Shown here: positions 11,532-22,100 of the stretch, one piece after another | How the letters are laid out: the number at the start of each line of letters is the position of its first letter | How positions within the stretch are numbered: the first letter of the stretch is position 1 | Assembly: GCA_002269645.1 (NCBI GenBank) | Contig: NIVC01001659.1 | Location: forward strand, 190,455 to 254,454 | DNA from: Macrostomum lignano | Lineage: Eukaryota | Length of the DNA: 64,000 nucleotides | Direction of reading: 5' to 3' | Notes under the pieces: model-generated | Told to the model about the DNA's origin: nothing | Database searches by the model: none | Seen by the model: the letters and a program-made list of their open reading frames with translations, nothing else | Made by a program: the position numbers and the translations under genes

Positions 11532-12509
11532 TGAAGTAGTTAGGGTTTCTTCCCAGTTCAGGCACTTAAGATTACCTTAAATCTCGAGCCTCTTCAGTGG
11601 GAAGTTCTCTTAGCTCTCTCAGTAGCGTAGGTAGTGCTGCCACCAGTTCCTTCAGGTCTCGGCCTTCGGTAAGGTGAGCTTCCCGTCGGAACGAAATAAT
11701 GAAGGAAATGAACACAGCACGACGTGCAGATTTGCAGTTCAACATATAAGGCGTCTCATCAGCAGCACCTGCCGGGCTTGGAGGGTACAGGGAGGGCTGA
11801 GTTAGCCTCTCGTAGGCTTGGGGTGGCTTGGTTGGGTCTCAGTCGGAGCAATAGGAACAGATTCAATAAACGCAGAGACTCGGACACTCGGGACTTAGTC
11901 GCACGCGGACGTAGAACTCGAGGTTGAACAGAAAGAAGACTCCTTGACAGAAACAAGGGGGAGAGGGCTCCTATTTATAGCCGGGAAATGCCCGCGCACA
12001 AGACCTTGTGACTTGTTCTATTTTTAGAACTGACGTCACTCGAGAGTCTTGGGCAGGGTACAAGCGTGTGGAAGACCTCGTGACTTGTTCTATTTTTAGA
12101 ACTGACGTCACTTGAGGGTCCCGGCAGAGTACACATGGCTGTGACTCAGTTGCTATTTTTAGCAACATGAGTCACTCCTCTCCTTAGAGAAGGGAGGGGT
12201 CCGAAAGCATGTGACTCACCCAGTAAACAGGGCCAACGAGTGCAGTAAACATGTTTACTGCACTTTAAGATTCAAAGAACGCAAGAGCTGTCATGTGACT
12301 TGCTCACATGACAGAGGAAAACAGGATGGAAACGAAACAGAGACAGCCCACAGTCGAGAGACTGAGGGCTGAGAACGGAGACGCCGCAGCAGGGCGAAAA
12401 GGGACACGGGGGGCAACAGGCAAACGAAAGGGGGGCGGGAAGCTGACCAGCGGCAGACAGCAACCCAAAGGGAGGGCAAGGGAGCGGCTGACAAGGGCGA
12501 CGCCTAACA
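11532..12509 (-). mobile_element. Putative solo LTR (~980 bp)
   Basis: Sharp GC-richer block between AT-rich flanks with TG...CA termini (minus strand TGTTAGG...ACTTCA). TATA-like CTATAAATAG at 11971-11980 lies downstream of duplicated enhancer-like blocks (12005-12175). No 4-6 bp TSD, PBS or internal ORF found. Confidence 0.55.
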
Positions 12510-13150
12510 ATAAACTAGCGGCTCACTACGCTATTTATTTTTCTTAAAATTTTTCAACTCACTTTTGCCAAATGGCCTCTGAGGTCAATACCAATGCAAA
12601 AATCATTGGTATTTATAGAAAGTCTAGTAAATGTAATACTTCAAGGAAAGTCTGATGATTGAGTGGCAAGGACCATAGGTTTTAAACATTTATACTAATA
12701 GAAGCTTTGGAAATGTCATGGGCAATGTATTGCTCTTTGGTCATTGTTGGCTAAGCATGTTTCTATTTATCTTGTACTTAGCGTAGTAAGTATATTACAT
12801 ATAAACATATAATTTTTTACTATTTGCTCTATATGCAAAAACCCCTTTGTTTTTATATTTATAGTATAATAAAATCCTATAAACTATTAAGGCCTTTTTC
12901 TTGATATTATAGTTGGCATTTGCAGCAAAATAGCATTATTTTTATGTAATTGCAATTGGGTGGTCTAAACTGTTATTTTTATCATTGGTTATAACTAATA
13001 TGTTGGCATAAATTCAACAGGGTTACAGGATATTCAAGCTTAAGCACCCTTTGCATAGCAGAAAGTAATGCTAAAAGTTGTAGGACTTTATTACAGCCCA
13101 ACAAGTCAGTGCAGCCTAACCCAGGCAGTTCCAATGCTATTTCAGGTAGC

Positions 13151-16100
13151 ATGGAGAGTCAGGACTATTGGAGTGATGTGAATGCAGTTGGCGACTACTA
13201 CATCAGGTATGAGTGATGGAGCAAAATTGTTATTGAATTTTACCACAATGCTAAAAGTTTTTGCAAATCTGTAACCCACACACACCCCAGGCATGACAAT
13301 GTCTACACAATGAAGTTCATGCGGCACCTGCCCAACCTGAACAGCCACCTCACAGCCCTGGCCCAGTATGGCGGCCCGCTGGCCGTGTTCCGCCGCAACG
13401 ATCTCAATGAGGAGTCCAGAATGGAAATTTTCAATGCAGTGGGTCAGCTGATCACCGAGTTCAAGGTTGGCAATGCGGTTTTGCAATAAGTGCCAAGCTT
13501 CAGTTCAGAAGAGCCCAGCTCCCAGATTCATCAGTAGGCGCCACAAGCCCGGCTCCCAGATTCATCAGTAGGCGCCACAAGCCCGGCTCCCAGATTCATC
13601 AGTAGGCGCCGCAAGCCCAGCTCCCAGATTCATCAGTAGGCGCCGCAAGCCCGGCTCCCAGATTCATCAGTAGGCGCCACAAGCCCGGCTCCCATTTTCA
13701 TCATTAGGCGCCACAAGCCCGGCTCCCAGATTCATCAGTAGGCGCCACAAGCTCGGCTCCCAGATTTATCAGTAGGCGCCACAAGCCCGGCTCCCAGATT
13801 CATCAGTAGGCGCCACAAGCCCGGCTCCCAGATTCATCAGTAGGCGCCACAAGCCCGGCTCCCAGATTCATCAGTAGGCGCCGCAAGCCCGGCTCCCATT
13901 TTCATCATTAGGCGCCACAAGCCCGGCTCCCAGATTCATCAGTAGGCGCCACAAGCCCGGCTCCCAGATTCATCAGTAGGCGCCACAAGCCCGGCTCCCA
14001 GATTCATCAGTAGGCGCCGCAAGCCCAGCTCCCAGATTCATCAGTAGGCGCCACAAGCCCGGCTCCCATTTTCATCATTAGGCGCCACAAGCCCGGCTCC
14101 CAGATTCATCAGTAGGCGCCACAAGCCCGGCTCCCAGATTTATCAGTAGGCGCCACAAGTCCAGCTCCCAGATTCATCAGTAGGCGCCACAAGCCCGGCT
14201 CCCAGATTCATCAGTAGGCGCCACAAGCCCGGCTCCCAGATTCATCAGTAGGCGCCGCAAGCCCGGCTCCCATTTTCATCATTAGGCGCCACAAGCCCGG
14301 CTCCCAGATTCATCAGTAGGCGCCACAAGCCCGGCTCCCAGATTCATCAGTAGGCGCCACAAGCCCGGCTCCCAGATTCATCAGTAGGCGCCGCAAGCCC
14401 GGCTCCCATTTTCATCAGTAGGCGCCACAAGCCCGGCTCCCAGATTCATCAGTAGGCGCCGCAAGCCCAGCTCCCATTTTCATCAGTAGGCGCCGCAAGC
14501 CCAGCTCCCAGATTCATCAGTAGGCGCCGCAAGCCCAGCTCCCAGATTCATCAGTAGGCGCCGCAAGCCCAGCTCCCAGATTCATCAGTAGGCGCCGCAA
14601 GCCCAGCTCCCAGATTCATCAGTAGGCGCCACAAGCCCGGCTCCCAGATTCATCAGTAGGCGTATCAAGCCCGGCTCCCAGATTCATCAGTAGGCGCCAC
14701 AAGCCCGGCTCCCCAGAAAATCAATCAATGAACCCACAGAAAATGAGCTGAAGAGGCAACGAACCCCCCCCCCCCAAACCACAGTGGACCAGCGGCAACC
14801 TGCTCACGATGTCGTGGAGCAGCACCGAGAGTCTCGTCTGCGTCCAGACTGACGGCTCCGTGCTTATCTACCAGCTCATGGGCGGCTCACCCCAGCTCAA
14901 GAAATTCAATATTAATGCGAAAACCAGCGAACAGGTGGCCTCGGCAAAATTTTACGAGTCTCAGTTTGGCACCGGGGTTGCCATAGCAACTAGCACCGGC
15001 CGGTTCTCATTTCTCAACCGACTGGAGAATTTCAGCCCCAAGCCGCTGGTTGGACAGAACGGTGAGTTATCCTGATATTTCATGAATTTACTGAGTTCAA
15101 ATCCTAAGGTACAGAGTTCGAGTCCTAAGGTTCAGAGTTCGAATCCTCAGTTTCAGAGTTCAAATCCTAAGGTACAGAGTTCGAGTCCTAAGCTACAGAG
15201 TTCGAATCCCAAAGTAGCGAGTTCGAATCATTTTTAAAAAAGCTTTCTGTTTTTTGCAACAATAGCTGTTTTTGCTGTACTCATCCTATAAAAGTAAAAG
15301 CTTGATTTAAATGAGTTTTTCTCTTGAACTCAAACCGGTCAGCCAAAAGTCTATCCAGTTTGGATAAAGGAGGAATTCATATCGTTTGTCTTATTTCGGA
15401 CTGGGTTTTTCACAGCTAGTTAATCAGTTTTACTCGTTCTTAAGAAAGAAGATTGTTTAAGACAATGTACTTACTACTCATAGCATAAATTGTTGTTTGC
15501 AGTTCTGCCGCATTTTTATCAACAAAATTTGGTGCAGAAAGTACCATTAATTTTCTACTTTATTATAGCATCAAACATATACCAGTTATACAGTTAATAC
15601 TACTGCCCTAAGTAGCGCTGGCGGTGCTGAAAAAAAACAAAGCTATACAAGGCTTGGCAAAAGCAATGGCTTGGCAGTCTAAGGTCACTAGAAGGTCACC
15701 GCAGAGCAGCGCCCGGCTGTCAGACCTCGCGCACCGCGCCCGTGCAGTCGCCTTTTCCGGCAGCGCCTGGCGCCGCGGCTGCCCCGGCGGCGGACTTGCA
15801 GCCGGCCCGGTAAATCCGATAGCTGCGGCAGCACATGGACAGCCAGAGCAGCAGCATTACAGTTGCTATGCCGCACATGACCAGGCTGAACACCAGCTGG
15901 GAGGTGTCCCGGGACAGGTACAGCATGCCACCGGCCAGGCCCACTGCAACCAGCATCAGCACCGAGTGCACCGTGATAATCTTGCCCGGAGCAGTGCCGC
16001 AGTAGCTCCTGCTGTTGCTGCCGTAGTCCTTCGCCAGGCCGCCGCTGTCCTCAGCGTCAGTCAGCGGGTTCAGCGAGCTGCTGTTCTGCGTCATTTTCTA

Positions 16101-19100
16101 GCCGGTGTCGGGCCTTCGCGCCGCTGCAAAATGGCGGAATTGCTTTATTTTGAGCTGCTTGGGCACTTTTTTTTCTAATTTGTTGCGGCGAGCGCGGGTT
16201 CGGAGAATGAGAGCTGCCTGCCTGTCTGTCCTAGCGCGCGTCTGCCATATCTATTCTCATTTGGCATTCGAGTGCCCCCCCTGCGCTCCCAACTGCGCGC
16301 ACCCGCATTCAGGAAATATTTCTGAGCTGAGCAATGGCGGCAGCAGGGGATATGAATGCACATATCGATTTCTGCCCCGCTGCTACGGGACCGAGACCAT
16401 TCTGTCAGCGAGCTCCCTCTGGCGCTGAAGCTGTTCCCGTCTGACTTGTCCAGTTTTAACTTGAATTCTGTGCTTATCTAATTTCAGAATGAAATAGTGA
16501 ATCAACTTGAGAGCTTTAATTACAAGTTACTAATACGTTTTCTTGAAGGTTAGTGAACTTGAGCGTCTAAAAGCGAAATGAAAGTGTGTATTTAGTATTA
16601 TCTGTTGCACTTGTACGAAGACCTAAGCTTGATGAAGCCAAAACGCTACACACATACACATATCTTGGAATCATTTCCGAGTAACTTTGCGTGGAAAGCG
16701 GTGCGCCAGTCTAAGCTACGGGTAGGTTTACTTAAAGCGTCCGCTGTCGGTCATTTGTTGACTACGCTCTGCGTCCGGTGGTAGATCCAGCTGCCGATGA
16801 GCACCAGCTGGCTGACCTTCTTGTTCATGACCGACGGGTCCCAGGATGCGCTCTCCCGCTGCAACATGGTGAAGATGCTTGGCTCCACCAGCTCCTGCAT
16901 GCCGGCGGTGGCCTCGGCCTCGCTCTCGCCGGCCAGCATGGCCGTGTCCTTGTAGATCTCGCTCATTGTGTCGAACAGTGCGTTCAACTTGGCGTCCATG
17001 TTGGCCACATGCCAGCCAATCATCTCACAGCTTCTGGCCCCGGTAGGGTAGCTCACGGTGGTGGCCATGTTGCACTGCAGATTCGCCGGCTTCGGTTTGG
17101 AATTTCTTGCTGAGCAGCCGCTGTTCTGTTGGTTGCTCTGGCGTGTGTGACTCGGCTGCTGGTGTGTCGGGTTCTGGCTGCCGGATTTGTACGACCTTGG
17201 CCTTTGCTGCTCAGGCCGCGGCTGATGCTCAAACTGGCGATGCCGATGCTTCCGCTGGTCGGGGTGGTGGTCGAATTCGTACTGGCCTTGGTCTCGCGTT
17301 GACCTGTGCTGCCGTTTTCTCTGCATCTTGGTAGATATTTTTTCAAGAGTCTTGTTGATCGGTTCGATTCATTATCGCGCGGTTGTTATCGCTTTTTCGG
17401 ACCAATTTAATCATTTTATATACCAAATTCGCTCTGTCATCCCATTCCAACAGTTGAAAAAAATTGCTGACTTTTGGCCATAGACATCTTTTTTAGTCCA
17501 ATTTAAGGGAAGAGCCCAGCAATTTGAGGCTTATGCTTTAAATTTGCCTTAGACGAAATGAATCTTAGACCAACTTTCCCTACTCCATGGCTGCTCCTGG
17601 ACCCAGAGGTCCGTACATGACGATTTCAATGGAAACACGCGAACGTCTAATTCAAGTTAATGAAACTGGAGAGAACATGCACACCGTCTGTAGGATTTTC
17701 AATGTGAAGGGGAGAACTGCTGCGTTCATTCTGCGTCACTGCAAGTTGCATGGCAGACGTGGGTGGTCGTCAAGTGGCCAGCTGTAAAGTTCACGAGGAT
17801 ATACGCCTTGCACTGTAGAAAATCATTGACGAAAATCCATTGGCAACGCTGCAAATGATACAGGAGCAACTCGGAGAACGATTGTCACACAAGCCACGCA
17901 TTGGCCTGACCACCATCTCAGAAACGCTACAGGGCATGCTGCTTACTATGCTCAAAGCTGCTCAAAGCGTCACCAATGGATCCGATCTGCCGGACGTTAA
18001 AATGCAACAAAGAAAACAATGTCAGGCGTCGCGACTTCGCTCTGGAGTTCGTGAATTTGCCTATGGACTCGGTGACTGATTAGTTGGACGAGGCCAGGTT
18101 CAACCTCAGGGCGCGAAGAAGTCGAAGACCGATTTGAGCACTCGGCACAGCGGATATAGGCCTTGAAAATAGGCAGAAATAAGTTTTGCACATTCACAAT
18201 AGACAGCATCTTCCGGATCAGATTACACCAGAGACAAATTCTGTCTCTTTTTGAAAGCAATCCCTGCCTGTTTTCTGATCAAGTTGTAGCTGAGAACATC
18301 CATTTTAAACAGATTTTGTCCATATGAAAATTCTGCTGTTTTGGTTTTAGAGCTTAACACAAGTTACAACATATGCCCAGGGTCAGGTGACAGCTTCAAG
18401 GGCGTGCCTCCAGTCCTAATGCGAATACTAACCGCATCAAAGGTGTCTGAAGCGTCAGAACTCAGAGAGGATATCTGAAAGAGTTTAAGTCTGATCCGGT
18501 ATTCTGATTTGGACACTGCGTATAAAAGTTTTATTCCAATAATACTACTGTTCGCTACATTTTGTAGTAGTTTGTAAGCACCTTGACGCTTTCGCTGTTT
18601 TTTGCCTTACTATATATAGCCAAGTCCAGTAGTAAACTTATGTGCAGTTTACGTCAAGAAAAGCAAGTAGCTGGCTGTCAGCCTCGGCGTGCATCATCGG
18701 ATGCTGCTGTTTCGGTACAGAAAATTCTGCGCAAGTTTATTACTGCGCAGGCAGGCATGAATCACCCCACTTTCTGATCTGCTTGGTTTCTTCTAAGTTG
18801 AACTTCATCTAAGGTAGAGAGTGGACTGGGAAGAAAAGCAGCGCCGTTGGGATCCGCCGGATCGATTTTCTTGCGTCCGTCTGTACGTTGGTGCCTCCAC
18901 AGCGCTGTCCAGTACTCCTCGGTCGGTTGGCCACCAAATAGAGAGAATTGAGCGGCTTTGAACTCTCTGAATTTCCTGTTAAAGAGGCTAGCGCCCACCC
19001 GGTTCCGTTAGAAACAATCGAGAATTTCTCCAAGCCAGCGCCATCCAATAACCTCAGCATGTCTGTCTGCATATTGCCCAGTCTCTGTCTCCTGGTTCTG

Positions 19101-22100
19101 GCCGCGGCCGTCTCCGCCGCCCCGGACACCTCCCTATACGAAGGCGTCAACGCGCAGATTGTGGAAATTCGGCAGCGCTGCGGCAATCAGCAGGTCTGCA
19201 TTAACAAGAACGTCGAGCTGTCCCAGTCTGAGGCGGAGATCAAGAACATCCTTGAGGACACAATTCGCAAGCGGGAGAGCCCTCGGAGCAGCCGCATCAA
19301 CAATGTCTGCTTCGCCGTGGTTATCGAGAACAAGATGAAGGGCTTGTTTAGCATGGACAACAGCCGGCAGAAGATGATGGTGGCCGCCTACATCACCTAT
19401 AACCTGTTCGAGCGGATGCCCTTCGTCAGGCCTCCAGCTGGCGGCAACTGCCCCAACCGCATCGCCATCTTCTACTCCAGGCAGGACTCCACGCTGTACA
19501 GCTTCGCCACCAACGGCCTGATGGACTACACGGAAATCCGCACGGCCTCGGCCGCTGCCAGGCCTTACTTCAGCAACAGCATCCTGGAGGGCATGCGGTT
19601 CCTCATCTCCGCCTACATCGACACCGTGGGGAAGAGCTCCGGCTAGGTGCTGGGCAGCTTGAGCGCATACAAGTAGCTGGTTGCTTACCAGTAGCTTTGC
19701 TTTGCTTAATGACTTTACCCTGTAATTCTGATAACAGCCCTCCGCGTGTGAGCTAGAATTTAAGTCGCGTGCTTGACAGCTGCAAATAAATCTGGTTAAT
19801 TGATTCAATTTTTATATAAATCTTGGAGCTCATGGCCAGAGCATTGCTGCTTTAATTTGCTTCAGTTGGTATTTTCTACGAAATCTGATTTATTCATCTA
19901 TCAATTATTATCAGGAACCTGCATGTAATTTGGTTTGCTGAATAAATATCATAGCTATGAAATGACTCATTATCTTACTCAATCCTAAACTTTCATGTGA
20001 TTTGGAACAGAATCTCTTACCCAACTCTAAATTGTATTATTGATTTTCAGCTTTGAGTTCCAACAGGGAGATGTTAAGGTATTTAGTACATTTTCCTAGA
20101 AAATATCCCTCATCAGTGTACAATTAGATATTGTAAGAAATCGCCTACTGAAAAGTATCGAGAAAGGAATGTGAAGAAGTAAGAACTCAGTAGCCGACCC
20201 TGGCCTGTCGCGAGTTTGAATCTTGCTTTTGGGCACTTGTGGAGAAGTTCAGAGGTATGGTAATAATTCAGATATTTTTACAATCTACTTCGTTACAACT
20301 TGGCCTCTCAAAGTCATTACGAGTGTTAAGAAAATTCGGAGCTCAATGTAGAAGTTACATTTAATATTTGAGTTTGAAATTTGTAACGCCACTGGTAATC
20401 TGAATTAGAAACAAAAATCAAGCGCCATCCTGCAGAGAAGTCCGACGCTATCGACTGGCTACTTTAAGTAGGTAGCAATGCTGGCTATGATTTCTAAGAG
20501 GAAAAGTTTAAGCCTTACCTGTCCGCTCATCTCTTCCCGCCAGACCTGGACCCCGTGCCCGCAGCCTGGTGCGTGCTGGCGCCCAGGCCCAGCAACCAGC
20601 TCGGCCCCGACCAGATCCGGATTTTCGTGCTCAGCCGGGGCGGCCTGCTGCTGCTGGAGCAGAACCGGCTTCCGGCCAGCCTGCTGGAGCCGCCGCCTGC
20701 CGAGGCGCTGACGGACCTCTGCCTGAGCCTGGACCAGTCCCTGCTGGCCCTGTGGAGCGAGCCGCAGCGGCACCTCACCGTGTACTCGCTGGCCAGCGGC
20801 CTCTCCGCCAGCGGCTTGCCGGCGCCTCTGAGCCGCCACAGCCTGGCCGGTGGCCCAGACTCCGCCTTCGTCGGTGGCGATGGCGGCCTGCTGCGCATGG
20901 CCTGGTGCGCCAACGCCGCCGTCATGCTGGTGTGGGCCGATCAGCGCTGCCTGCTGCCAACCGTCCGCTCCGATCGATTCGCCAATCGGCTGGACGAATT
21001 CCACGAAGGTGAAGGCGACAGTGGTGCACCGCTGTTGGTCCCGGAGTTCGACGGTCTCCGGCTGCTGACTGCCGAGAGGCACGACCTGCTGCGGCCGCTG
21101 CCCCGTCCGGTGGAGCAGCTGTTCAACATCGCCTGCGTGTCCCCCGCCACCGTGCTGCTGCTCGCCCACGACACCATCAGCGGCCAGGCGCGCACCGAGA
21201 CCGCCGCCTACGAGCTCTTCCTCACCATCGAGTCCGACGCCGACAAGCTGGCCGCCGTCCGCTGCTGCCTGGAGGCCGCCAGGTTCATCGCCTGGCCACC
21301 AGACCAGAAGCGCGTGCTGCGGGCTGCCCGGACCGGCCTGGCGCTGCTGCCGCCGAAATACAGCAGGTTCGACTGGGGAGCTTGGGGTTGTTAGGGGTCG
21401 TTGGCTGGGGTTGTTAGGGGTCATTGGCTGGGGTTGTTGGGGTCATTGGCTGGGGTTGTTGGGGGTCATTGGCTGGGGTTGTTGGGGGTCATTGGCTGGG
21501 GTTGTTGGGGGTCATTGGCTGGGGTTGTTGGGGTCATTGGCTGGGGTTGTTGGGGGGTCATTGGCTGGGGTTGTTGGGGGTCATTGGCTGGGGTTGTTGG
21601 GGGTCATTGGCTGGGGTTGTTGGGGGTCATTGGCTGGGGTTGTTAGGGGTCATTGGCTGGGGTTGTTGGGGGTCATTGGCTGGGGTTGTTGGGGTCATTG
21701 GCTGGGGTTGTTGGGGTCATTGGCTGGGGTTGTTGGGGTCATTGGCTGGGGTTGTTGGGGTTGTTGGGTGTCACTGGCTGGGGTTGTTGGGGGTCATTGG
21801 CTGGGGTTGTTGGGGGTCATTGGCTGGGGTTGTTGGGGTCATTGGCTGGGGTTGTTGGGGGTCATTGGCTGGGGTTGTTGGGGGTCATTGGCTGGGGTTG
21901 TTGGGGGTCATTGGCTGGGGTTGTTGGGGGTCATTGGCTGGGGTTGTTGGGGGTCATTGGCTGGGGTTGTTGGGGGTCATTGGCTGGGGTTGTTGGGGTC
22001 ATTGGCTGGGGTTGTTGGGGTCATTGGCTGGGGTTGTTGGGGTCATTGGCTGGGGTTGTTGGGGTCATTGGCTGGGGTGGTTCTGGTCACTGGTTGGGGT

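Noticed and set aside
11527-12515. Target-site duplication for the LTR-like element
   Set aside because: The flanks (CCTAT and ATAAA) share only 2 bp, so I do not claim a TSD. This lowers confidence in the solo-LTR call.
13515-14714. CRISPR-like regular 34-bp repeats (also 24875-25680 and 29184-29735)
   Set aside because: Units are head-to-tail with no unique spacers, there are no cas genes, and the context is eukaryotic introns or spacers.
20170-20230. tRNA/SINE-like head (A-box-like ACTCAGTAG plus GAGTTTGAATC)
   Set aside because: Both boxes are degenerate and no cloverleaf can be formed.
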